From Daphnia carinata (Eukaryota), in the NCBI RefSeq assembly GCF_022539665.2, contig NC_081332.1:5890001-5954000 (forward strand): a stretch of 64,000 nucleotides of DNA. Reading direction: 5' to 3'. The notes beneath the pieces were generated by a model. The model searched no databases and had not been told where the DNA came from. It was given only the letters and a program-made list of their open reading frames with translations. Of this stretch, positions 27,501 through 39,313 are shown in pieces (position 1 is the stretch's first letter; each line of letters starts with the position of its first letter). The position numbers were made by a program, and so were the translations under genes.

Positions 27501-27761
27501 CAATCAAAGATAAACATTAATATCTTTGTTTTGCCAGGCAAATCTTAATAATGTATGGTGTTACACGACTAAACAAAAGGAAGGGAAAGCAAACTTAAAC
27601 TATCAAAACTGAAAACAAAAAAGAAATCTAAGGATAACATATGGTTGAACTAGAAACCAAAACAAGTAACGTAAATATTACTTTTGAAGTGCGCTGGAAA
27701 GCTGGGCTCGCTGAAATTCGGCCGCAAGTCTTTGCACTTCGATCCAGTCGGAAGAGGCCAT
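24576..27761 (-). CDS. UFL1: E3 UFM1-protein ligase 1, multi-exon
   Basis: MASSDWIEVQRLAAEFQRAQLSSALQ|RLSERNCIEIVSKLI...DGKEYVT...ELYLHGGRI, DERRKKANEGKLGGGTQ|GRETKT; stop TAA 24578-24576. Confidence 0.95.
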
Positions 27762-28100
27762 TATGATCGTTGATTCGAACAATTCTTTAATATTCTTATG
27801 GAAACGAGATTGTTGATTTCGAAACGTACGAGTTGTGACGTGAAACAATGAGCAGACGACTTTTGCCCTAAAAAATTTTCAGCGTAAAATAATATTTTGG
27901 GAAGTCTGACACTGTCGGATGTCATTTTTTCGTCCGCTACACGCCCAACGTAACTGTCACGAGGTTGAAAGCATACCTCTTTGTCAGCCGGGGTTCGTTT
28001 TCTGTCTAGTCATACGATTTGGTACTTCGAAAGGGAGTGCTCTCATCCTATCGTATCTTGGACATCGTAGGTCGCAGAAACCTAAAACTTTCGTCGTGAA

Positions 28101-30838
28101 ATGGCCTCGATGGGAGCTTTGGCGTTCGATGAGTTTGGGCGGCCCTTCATTATCATCAAAGACCAAGACAAGCAGAAAAGACTTACCGGTAACGCAGCTA
28201 TTAAAGTAAGCCCCTGTTCACCTATTTGAATTTGTATTCTGTGATGTTTGATTTAATTGGTCTCTGTAAAGTAGCATGATGTTTTTGAAAGCAAAAGACT
28301 TGTTCCTGGTCAATTTCCCTATTCATTATAATATCTTAATATTTTATACTTGAGTGATTTCTGTTGCAAACTTTGGCCTATTATTGATCCATACCATTGT
28401 CCTAAGTAACAATTGTCTGGGCAAATAGTAAATGAGTTCCGAGTTATTGATTAATTATGCAGTTTAAATCAATATGAACCTGGAGCATTGGCAAACCTTT
28501 TTATGTTCTTATTACAGCGGAATTGACATGACAGTAATTGTACTTGTACTTTAGTCTCATATTTTAGCAGCGAGAACAGTTGCGAGCACACTAAGGACAT
28601 CCTTGGGACCTAAAGGATTGGACAAACTGATGGTCTCGGCTGATGGTGACATCACAATTACTAATGATGGGGCAACCATTCTGAAAATGATGGATGTGGA
28701 CCATCAGATTGCAAAACTCCTTGTACAGCTGTCCCAGTCTCAGGATGATGAAATTGGTGATGGAACTACTGGTGTAGTAGGTAGGTTCAAATTAAATGTT
28801 ATGTCAGTGCAAGGAAAAATTCTAGAAGTCTTCTAACCTGAGATTCCTAGCCAGACACCATGCAAAATCAATAGTACTAGACATCTTGAAATATTTTCTG
28901 CTTTAGCAGTAAGCCTTGGTGGAAGTACTGACATACAAAATAACTTTTCTATTTTAGTTCTAGCAGGAGCTCTCTTGGAGAAGGCGGAACACTTGCTGGA
29001 CAAAGGTGTACATCCTATCCGTATTGCTGATGGATTTGAAATGGCTGCACGTTGTGCAATCCAAAGCCTCGAACGAAGTGCAGAGACTTTTCCATTGGAC
29101 GTGAACAATTTGGAGCCACTTATTCAGACGGCGATGACTACACTTGGTTCTAAAATCATTAATAAATGCCATCGACATATGGCCGAAATCGCGGTTAATG
29201 CTGTGTTAGCCGTTGCCGATATGGAAACCCGTGATGTAAACTTTGAATTGATCAAAGTGGAGACCAAAGTCGGTGGTCAACTTGAGGATACCATGTTAGT
29301 TAAAGGTGTCATTGTGGACAAGGATTTCTCTCATCCTCAAATGCCTAAGGTAAGATTCCTGTTCAAGTTGTCTTGCACCTAATAAAACAGGCCATAGTTG
29401 AAATTGACTTGGGTCTGTATAACAAGCGTGCTATACAATAGTCATCTCGAACCATTGGCCAACTAATACATACGTTTGGTTCACACTGATACAGATGACA
29501 CATTTTTTTATTCTGGTTTCTTTAATTGAATCATTTATTTTTTTTAGGTTTTGAAGAATGTGAAAATTGCCATCCTTACCTGTCCGTTCGAACCCCCAAA
29601 ACCCAAGACCAAGCATAAGTTGGATGTCACCTCGGTTGAAGACTACAAAAATTTGAGAAAGTACGAGCACGAGAAATTCGAAGAAATGGTCAAGCAGGTA
29701 ATTAAAATTTATACCTAAATCAAAAAGCAAACTGGATTTTATCGCTTCTACCGTTGTCTGATAGGTGAAAGACTCTGGGGCTGGTTTAGCTATTTGCCAG
29801 TGGGGTTTCGATGACGAAGCAAACCACATGCTTCTTCAGCGTGAACTCCCTGCCGTCCGTTGGGTTGGAGGACCCGAAATTGAGTTGATTGCGATTGCCA
29901 CTGGAGGGCGTATCGTTCCTCGATTCGAAGAACTCACCCCAGACAAGCTTGGCTATGCTGGAATTGTTAAAGAATTATGTTTTGGAACGACAAAGGATCG
30001 CATGCTGGTCATTGAAGAATGCACCAACTCCAAGGCCGTTACCATTTTTATCCGTGGTGGCAACAAGATGGTAACTCCTATTCATTGCTTCCAACAGGGC
30101 AAGGAAAAATTCTAAGAGTCTTGACCCCTGAGATTCTTAGCCAGACACCATGCAAAATTAAAAGTACAAGACACAATTTTATAGTTTCGTTGCTTGTCAG
30201 CGATTCGCAGTGGTGGAAGTGCTTACATTTTTATAGTTAATTAGATTTTCTGAAATGCTCTATCTATTTAGATTGTCGAAGAAGCCAAGCGTAGTATTCA
30301 TGATGCTCTCTGCGTTATTCGCAATTTGGTTCGAGACAACCGCATTGTGTACGGAGGTGGAGCTCCCGAAATCTCCTGTGCGATTGCGGTAGCCAAGGAA
30401 GCCGATTCGGTAAGTTTTTGAATCTGCGATTTTTTTTTCTGGCCAAGTCTTACGGTATTATTTTCCCATCAGATCAAAACTCTGGAGCAGTATCCATTCC
30501 GCGCGTTTGCAGATGCATTGGAATCAATTCCCCTTGCCCTGGCCGAAAACTCCGGTCTCAATCCCATCCACACTTTAACGGAAATTAAAGCTCGTCAAGT
30601 TGCAGAAAATAACCCTGCTCTTGGAATCGACTGTCTATGCAAAGGCACAGCCGGTAAGTTGATGCAGTAATTAAAGTAAAGGAGTATCTAGTAAGTAATA
30701 TTTCGTCTTGCAGATATGAAAGAGCAACACGTCATTGAAACACTTCATAGCAAGAAACAACAGATTCTTCTTGCCACTCAAGTGGTTAAGATGATACTCA
30801 AAATCGATGACGTCCGTTCCCCAGACGATGGTTATTGA
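28101..30838 (+). CDS. CCT5: T-complex protein 1 subunit epsilon (chaperonin CCT5)
   Basis: [59 protein letters not shown], ending [16 protein letters not shown]. Confidence 0.98.
28808..28936 (+). ncRNA. SNORA15: Intronic H/ACA snoRNA, SNORA15-like (copy 1, CCT5 intron 2)
   Basis: Hairpin, H box AAATCA (28865-28870), hairpin (agtact...agtact), ACA (28931-28933). Pocket strands AATT and CCAGACA complement conserved 18S UGUCUGG-UU-AAUU, 14 nt from the H box. Confidence 0.8.
29373..29505 (+). ncRNA. Intronic H/ACA snoRNA, SNORA42/SNORA80-like (CCT5 intron 3)
   Basis: Stems gcac/gtgc and acaggcc/gggtctgt, H box ATACAA (29433-29438), stem gtcatct/agatgac, ACA (29500-29502). 3' pocket GAACCAT + CTGAT complements conserved 18S AUCAG-UU-AUGGUUC, 14 nt from the ACA. 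Confidence 0.8.
30098..30230 (+). ncRNA. SNORA15: Intronic H/ACA snoRNA, SNORA15-like (copy 2, CCT5 intron 5)
   Basis: Paralogue of 28808-28936, sharing gcaaggaaaaattcta, cctgagattc, tagccagacaccatgcaaaat and tggtggaagt; H box AAATTA (30155-30160), ACA (30225-30227). Confidence 0.8.
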
Positions 30839-33800
30839 GGTTTCCCGGACTTTATCACAAAGTCGATTGCTTGGCATCAATTGTATTAGGTTTTTTTCCT
30901 ATTTTTTACTGTTTGCCTCAATTAATAAACGCTCGGCTTGTTTTGTAATTAACTTGTCTACCAGCCTTTGAAATAAAACTTTCCGATTCTAGCTTCAAAC
31001 AGTTTCAGTTACATTCGCCTTAATTCTCGATTTCTTACGAAGCAGTGTCACAGTTGAGTTGACAAAACCGATTAAATTGTATCGTGCGTTCTGCAAGTTT
31101 AGAAACCCAGCAGTTTCATATTCTTAAAGTAGGTTGATGGATCGAAAGCTATTTGCGGTCGCTTATTTGGAAGTAACGGCACGAAATCGACCACGTTTAT
31201 TTCCAAATGGGATAGTTTTTGTGAGTTACAGTATGTCATAATGCCATATTGGACATAAGCTAAATTCCAGGTCAGAAACAAAACAGGTTTCAGTTTTCTA
31301 TTTCAAACACGATGGCAATTCACTGAATAAAAATATCTTGAAGAAACATCTTATAACAATAAATTCCCCAGTAGCTAAAAATCCCCCGTTCCGCTAAATT
31401 CATCGGACAATCTTTAATGATATGAAATCCTATTTCTGAAAAAGAAATTTAAAAAAAGGAAGGCTTTGGTATTCAGCTATCAGTGGTGCACACCGCATAG
31501 ACAAACAGGGAGTACATTAGGCGAGAAGGGAGAAAAAAGATTTAGGTTTCTTTGCTAAATCTTATTTCATAACACACAGAGGATGGTAAAAAGACTTAGC
31601 AATGGACTACTTTTTACGGGCTATCGCGGACCTGATTTTCGACAGCCAATTTTGTATTCTGTATTCCAAGAAAGACAACAGTAACGCAGCTGAGGCTGAC
31701 GACATCATCAAGATGTCTTCTAAAGCCATGACGTTCCGAACGCAAGATTCTCAAACAGCGTCTGGGAAATTCGGTCAAGAAATGGGATCAAATTCGTGCG
31801 TTTGGTTTTCGTCATTTAATAGTCTATATTCTCTTACGGGAAGTTTCTCTGTGCGGTCGTGGGTGGACGTCCATTGCCCTACGCAAAAAAACTCAGAAAA
31901 CTCGAACATGTTGTCGACTTGCCCACTGATCCGCTATCTGCCAGCCTTTTGGGCCCAACTATAGCGTGCATGGGAATTTTTACAGCCCCCTAGCACAATT
32001 TCACGAAACTGTGTTACACGAAGTGAGGCAAATTCCCTTTTTCAACGAAAAAAAGTATAAATACGTATTACTAGGTCAATGCTCTACAGTTGTCTTGCTA
32101 CCACTGAAAGCACTGGTTCTTTCGCTACACTACTCCGTGCTCCCTTAGCCCGACGTCTGCTCTTACCAAGTTTTTCCAAGGATCACTATTAAAATGCACT
32201 GGACATCTTCACCAAGGCGTTTGTTTGACACAGCTGTTTCGTGCCTGCAAAAGCAATTTTCAAAGGTTGGCAATGGATTACCTGCCCTAAGATGAGCACA
32301 GTGCATTCGATCAAATATTCGCCTTTTCGTTCAATTTGCAGATCAGTCGGAAGAACATTATGAGCCACATGAGAGTTCGTCTAGATAAGCGGTCCTCGTT
32401 CTTTTTCAAACAACAACGTGGTTTTGAGTATCAAAGGAAAGAATGATTATTTTTCATTTTCAAATTTAAGACATGTGTTCAGTACAGTCTAAGCTAAACT
32501 TCTGCTTGATTTGTTTCTTACAGTTTGATTTGACGAGTTGGCGATATCACAGCTGACATACTTCTTCAGAATTTGATTTTCTTTAACCGCCAAATGTTCC
32601 AAGATTCCGTATCATCCCAGGAAAGTTGCAAAAGTGTCAAACAATTGCATCACTGCTTCGTCCTGTGTACAGTGTAGTCTACCGAATAACTTGTCAAAAT
32701 CCCTTTTGGAGCACGTCTATTCCAGCACATCATTATACCCACGTATGGCACAGTCAAAAGTTTGGAATGATTCCGTGGAGGATCAAAAGGTTTCCATTTT
32801 TCGTGGAAGTGAGTAAGAGCATCACGACAGGCGGAAGAAACCAAACTAGCAGACGGAAAATATTAAAAGAAAATGTGACAACTTAAGTGTTCTTGTGGGC
32901 CCTTTTTTTCAAAAAAAAAACCAACGAACAAAACAAAAGAAAGTACGTTTATCGAAATATAAATAGCTTTTAATAGACTATTGTCCTAAATTTAAAAAAA
33001 ACCTCCATTTATGGGTGGATGTACTGGTGGAATCAAGCCAATAAGGAAACTACATAGAAATGGTGGAAAAAATTAGATTTAGGCAAAAGTATTCTTTAGT
33101 ATCGCTGCATACCACGACCGTTAACAGCACCTTGTCAGCAATAACAAGACCGCATCACGATCCACTGCAAATTCTAGAAAAAAAAAGATTCCAGTACTCT
33201 AGATAAAGTGGGTCAAATCTACTCTGTGGCAAAAGACTTCCCTGTGTGAAAAAAATGTGTTCTTTTTTTTTTAATCTTCCTTTTTGCTATTTCTCACAGC
33301 TGCTGACGTTCCCCTTTTTTCATCTCTTGAAGGATATCGTGCAACTTCTTTTTTTCTATGCAGAACATCCCCTTGTCAAATTAAAATGTTATTTTATCTT
33401 CGTTGCCTCAATCATCGCTGGTTTGAGGAATTCGTGGGGAATCCCAGAACTTCTATTTCCCGTGAAAAGTTAATCAAATTGAACGGCTCAAAAAAATATG
33501 TCGAAACCGACAGGTGTATGACGAATTCCTAAAGCTGATAAGAAAGTCCCAAATTCGAGAAAGCTCAGTGTTCGTGCTCAACTGGTAAAATGTGTTGTAA
33601 ACTAATGTTATTTTTGGTGCAAATTTTGCTTCGGAAGAAAAAATTAGATGCCATGTATTTTCGGCTTCTTTCAACAACCTTTTTTATTTTATTAAAGCAC
33701 TTTTTAATAAACAACATATTAAAAGTTCGCGAAATCATTTTACATACAATGTTTAGGTACACGTAATTCTATTTAAAACTAAATATTCGCTGGGATAAGA

Positions 33801-34766
33801 CCTATGTTAACATCAGAGAAACAAAAGCGTCCATTTTCTTCTTCAGTAGACGACGCACAGGAAATGAGAATAAAGCGTTGTTTTAGCATCTTGTAAAGAA
33901 GCTTAACATATAATAACATTTCGAATTCTTCAGAAGAAAATATGTCTCCCCAAATTACATGTAATGGAGGTCAAATGGAATGAGGCCATTCTAGTCCCAC
34001 GCTGGATGGTAGGAGGTGCAATTGATTATTTACCGTATTGCAGCCATGTGCTATTAGGCTGCTGAGTACAGTTACTATTATCTGAAATATCGAGTAAATT
34101 TATCGTGAGACGTGGTCGCGTTCTTGGTGTGGCAACTATATATCTTATCAAACTGCAGAAGGCGTTTCCTCACTTTGTGTTCGTTCAATAGGAACTAGTT
34201 GAATAAATTTCTGAAAAATTCTAAATTTACATAAAAGATAGACAGTAGCAAAAGTAGAATTCGATTTTCCTTAAGGGTTATTCCTGAAAGACACATTTTT
34301 GTATTTCGAAGGCAATGATGACTCCGATTGGGAAACGTGAAATAGATTCATTACCACTGGCAACAGCTTCAATCGTCACTGGCTAGACTCGAGGAGTTAA
34401 AACTGGTTAAACCACCCAAAAGTCTTCGTATACCATATGTGTTCTCTTGTTTCATCACGAGCTTGTCCCATGTTCATTTAGCCAGAAAACCTTTATGACT
34501 GATGAGAAGATAGTCCAACCTATTTTGTTTCATACAGCAATGTAAATTAGGTGTTATGTGAATACCAATTTCGTTAACTGAAGTCAGTAATTGTTAATTT
34601 TCTTGCTGGATGTACCGCTAACTAGATGGCGTTGCAAACTGAATTTTTCCACTTGTCAAACAGCGTAAGGTGACGTGGGGATATCAGAAACCGCCAAGTG
34701 TTTTCTTCCGAATTCCGATTTCCAAAACTAAAGATATTACGCCTTTGCCGGCAATCTTGAACTAAA

Positions 34767-35543
34767 ATGAACAGCCATCGTAGTGTGAAGTCACTTTTCT
34801 TTTTCTTCCTGTGCATTTCCGTTTCTTTAGCTGTAGAATTGACTTTTGAATTGCCTGATAATGCAAGAGAATGTTTCTACGAAGAGATCGAAGCGGGTAC
34901 AGACTTTACAGTTGAATTTCAGGTACGCTAAAACTGATCTTCGTGAATAGTTCTTTCTAAAACACATCTTTGCTGTGCACAGGTTGTCACTGGTGGCCAT
35001 TATGACATTGATTTTGAATTAATCGCTCCTAACAAAGAAGTATTATACAGAGAAGTCAAGAAACAATATGATTCGTTTTCCAAGAAGGCAGACATTAGAG
35101 GTGTTTATGCAGCATGCTTTTCCAATGAATTTTCAACATTCTCCCACAAATTGGTGTATGTTGATTGGCAAGTCGGAGCAGAAGATCCATTGCCAGGAGT
35201 TGGCGAACACCTGACTGCTATGACACAGGTACACTCAGAATCTATTAATTATAACTCTTATTATCAAATATCAAGTACTATCAAGTTTCAATTTTTTTTT
35301 TTTGTGTAGATGGAATCATCATCTCATTCACTTCATGAGAACTTGAACAAAGTTGTCGATTATCAGACACACCATCGGTTGAGGGAGTCTCAGGGTCGTA
35401 AACGAGCAGAGGATCTGAATGAAAGAGTCTTTCTCTGGGCAGTTGGAGAGACTTTTGCCATTATTGTTATAGGAATTGGTCAAGTTGTGATTCTTAAGAA
35501 CTTTTTTAGTGAGAAGAAACCATCCCAAATGATGTTTAGTTAA
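34767..35543 (+). CDS. TMED7: p24-gamma cargo receptor (TMED7/TMED3 family), 3 exons
   Basis: Signal peptide, then [72 protein letters not shown] helix and LKNFF tail. Confidence 0.92.
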
Positions 35544-38500
35544 CTGTATTTATTATTTCGAATAGGAGCCATATATTTTATTGTTTTTTTTTTTGGTTTG
35601 TTTTTTTCCTTTTTTTTTTTTTTATTATTATTCCCAAAACCTGTTTGAATGATTTTCTCTGGAAAATACCTTGACTGAAAGTAACTTTACGAGGAAAATC
35701 TATAGGAACGAATGCATCCTGATCGGCTCCTATCGTGCTGTTCTTTGACGTAAAGTCTCTTTTCCCCTCCATCAAACACCGCTCTGTTGCAATCCAGTCT
35801 GATTGTTCTTAGAAACAGCCTCCTAATTTTGATTCATTTATAACTGATCGTCGATTCATGTAAAAGTAAATGATGACCACCGTTTGACTTGAATGAACTG
35901 TTCAGTTAAGAAAATGTCAATACATTTGTTGAAATAGCTCAAGCGAGAATCTTCTGCAAACCATTTGATCATTAAGATCCATAATATTTAAAAATATATT
36001 CAGTCAAAATTTACAGCCATAGTCGCATAAAATCTAAAAATTGCTTCGTCTTATAAAATTCAACAATTTGAAACATTGGAGGGGTGCGCAGACGATACGT
36101 AAAAGATGTTCAAAGGTGCCAATTTCCATCACCAACACTTTTACTCCTTGCGGCGTCTGCGTCAATGGCGGCCAGAACAGTGAGCATGCGTCGACCTCGC
36201 TTTGGACTGTCGTTGTGAGAAAAATGTGATCTAGACATGGGCGAAACACACAGGTTCTCCTCGCGTGCACAGTCAGTGTATGTACATAGATCATCGGTCG
36301 AAAAGCCGATCAGTGGCAGCAGTAGCTATTTAGTGATCCAACAGTAACAGCAGTGATAGTAACATAGGCAGATATCGAACATTTCGGCACTTGATTTCAA
36401 GTGTGTAAGAACAAAAGTGCCGGGTGAAGGGCAATTCAAACGCTTGCATTAGTGTGTAGATCTCTGCAACATAGATACGCCGTAATCAGATTCCTATTCA
36501 AGATGCTCTGTGTGATCTTGGATAACCCAATCCACCAATCGGTCGGTTCAACTACTGGATGCTGAGCCTGTGTTTCTGGTGATTTCGCCATCAACTGGCT
36601 GAAATGAATTGCTGCCCCTTGTCAGTCAGGTAAGTTGGATACGAGATGAAAAGAAAAACACAAAAGAAGACGCGATTGTGTCTGTATCTCTCAGTCGTAC
36701 AGGATTTGTGATTGTAATTGAATTGTCTCTGGAGAATGACAGAGTGGGAGCGGAAGGAAGACGAGTGCATGGAGTATTTTTGCCGAGGTGGTAAGGTGGA
36801 GAAAGCGAAAAGGAGGGTGGGTGGAGGGCTTGTCTTCTATTCCCATATATTGGATAATGGAATGCAACATTGAAGGGGTACTGAAGAAGACTTAAGGTCG
36901 CCTCAGCAGACGAGTCAGTCGGGGGGGGGGGGGAGGAAAGCGATAGAACTACATAGAGAAAATAAAAGAGTCGAATCGGGCAGCGGGCTAGAGGATCTCG
37001 ATGGCGACAGCAAAGTCGCCGAGGTCTTCACAAATCGATAGTCATACACCCTTCCTCCGACCAGGGCGCTCACACACATCTCCGACACACCCAAACCTCC
37101 CCCCTTCTCTAGTTGGTAAGCGCGTAGACACACACACACACATGGAATAACATCCCGTTTGCTGCTGCTTGCCTTCAACTGCCAACTACATTACTGATGT
37201 TGAAGCACTACTCGTTGCACCGTTAAGACCAGTAGCAGTAAGTCAATTTTTTTTTTCAAGACGATTCGGCCTGCACAGATCGATAGTCCACGCGGCAATT
37301 ATTAGTCCATCTTTGATTTTAATATATTTGTATTTTTTTTTAAATTCATCTATTTATTGGGGGTGGGGGGTTTGTATGCAACTTTTAGCGACGCCCGCAA
37401 TCAATGTACAAGTCCACATAGGTGTGAATCAATAGCAGTTACTTATCTGGATTAGAATCAACATTCCATGTGTGTGCACCTCAATGCCTTGTGCTGTTAG
37501 TTTTGTCACCATTGCGCCGATGTACTCCAATCCACCTAGACGATCAATCAATTAGGACTTTTTTCTTTTTTTCTTTTCTCTTATCGACAACCTATTTAAA
37601 CGAATGTTATGCACCCGCACGAGTGCCTTAGGCCGTATCGTCGAGTACAATACATCGCATTCGGTATTTGTAGATCGACAACAATTCATTTCGCTTGAAA
37701 TCGATTGATTTGGTTCTTTCGGGTCAACGACAAAGACTACGTCGATCTTGCATTAAAGACTCTCTTTATAACGTGCCTCATTTTTACAATAGTTTTTGAT
37801 CCAGTCGGAACTAGTTTACCGGAAAAATCAGCATAAGTAATCTTGTGTCCTTTTTGTTTGGCGCAAGAAATGGAAAACAAAAAGTTAAGCTGAGTATAGT
37901 CGACTTGTTTGATTTACAAGTTAGACATTGGTATAGCAACAATACAAGAAAAAAAAAGGGAAAACTAATATCGTAACATCGTAACGCAACGGCCTTCTGG
38001 CTGATCACGTCTAGCGTGAAATTTTCGCTGCCATTTATCGATCGGAAAATGATTCCTTTGCAGTTATTTTCTTTTCTCTTTTCCTCCTTTGTTTCTGTTC
38101 CTCCCATCCTCCCCAACCACCCGGCTTTTCTTTTTTTTTTTTATATTGCTTCTCGACGCTTGCAGGGACGCATACCGTCACACAGAGCTCTCCAATGCCA
38201 CTTCTTACGCTGGCAAACGTCAAACGAATCCTTTTAAAAAAAAAGACCTGGCTCGCCCTCCTCGGCCCTAAGGTGTGCACACGAGCGATAGAGTAAACTT
38301 TGACATTTCAATCGTCAATTGTAACTAGAAATATTTGAGAGACAGGATATCTTTCAATGCCTTACGTTTGATACTCTTCATCTATGTCGTTCAGCAATTG
38401 CTACTGTGCATCGTTATATCTCACAAATTGGAGTCTATAAAACATGGAAGCTATTAGTAGGCTTCTAAAGTATTATCACCTCTTCTTCGTGATTACATGC

Positions 38501-39313
38501 ATATCATTTAAAGAAAACAAAATTTTGCAGGTAAATGGTGGAATGAAAAGGTACGAAAGTGCAGCAGCATCGCTCGTTACGGTACAGAGTAAGTGGCGTC
38601 TTATAGGGTTATTGGATGACGCCAAAGAGTCCTGTCATGTACACGGATGCATGTGTAAATATATACCGAAATGAAAAAAGAAGAGAAAGAGAGAGAGAGA
38701 AAAGTTAATCCCTGAGCCGACTTATTTTTCAATATGTGTAACGTACACACTGTACCTTGTCTCCTATGACGTAGGTAGTGACGGAGGTGCTGACCGACGG
38801 AAGGGATTTCGGCTGATTGTACGTGCGCCAGCGCCTGTACAGACGTGAACGTACTGGAAAGCCCCGGCTAGGCCAGTCGAGTGAAAGCTACGAGCGGGTA
38901 AAGTTCCCAGTTAACGGTCGGACGGATTCGACGACGACGGGGGGAGGAAGGCGAACAAAATCACACCGGAGGGCGCATCACGGTGGTGAACCTCCCAGTG
39001 TCCAGCGACTACCTTTGAAAACGTTTCAAAAGTGGATTCCGCCTCGTCGCCGGATGCAGTCAGCAGCAGCTGCGCGGATTCTGAATGCCGAAACGTCGGT
39101 CGAGCCGGGGGAGCATCCGCTGCTGCCCCCACTGCTCGAAGCGGCCACCGACTCCTAAGTCCTGGGACCCGGCATCAACACAGCCCAGGATCTTTGTCCA
39201 ACACCCTCGTTAGCTTGCCGGAAGTAGTGGAAGCTGTTGTGACGAACTCTGCTGCCCAATCCCAGCCGTCGACTCCGGAGCAGATCGCCGCATTACTGCC
39301 GTCAATCCAAACG

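Noticed and set aside
31602..31964. 120-aa plus-strand ORF
   Set aside because: No recognisable motif or supporting splice structure; cannot be told apart from a chance ORF.
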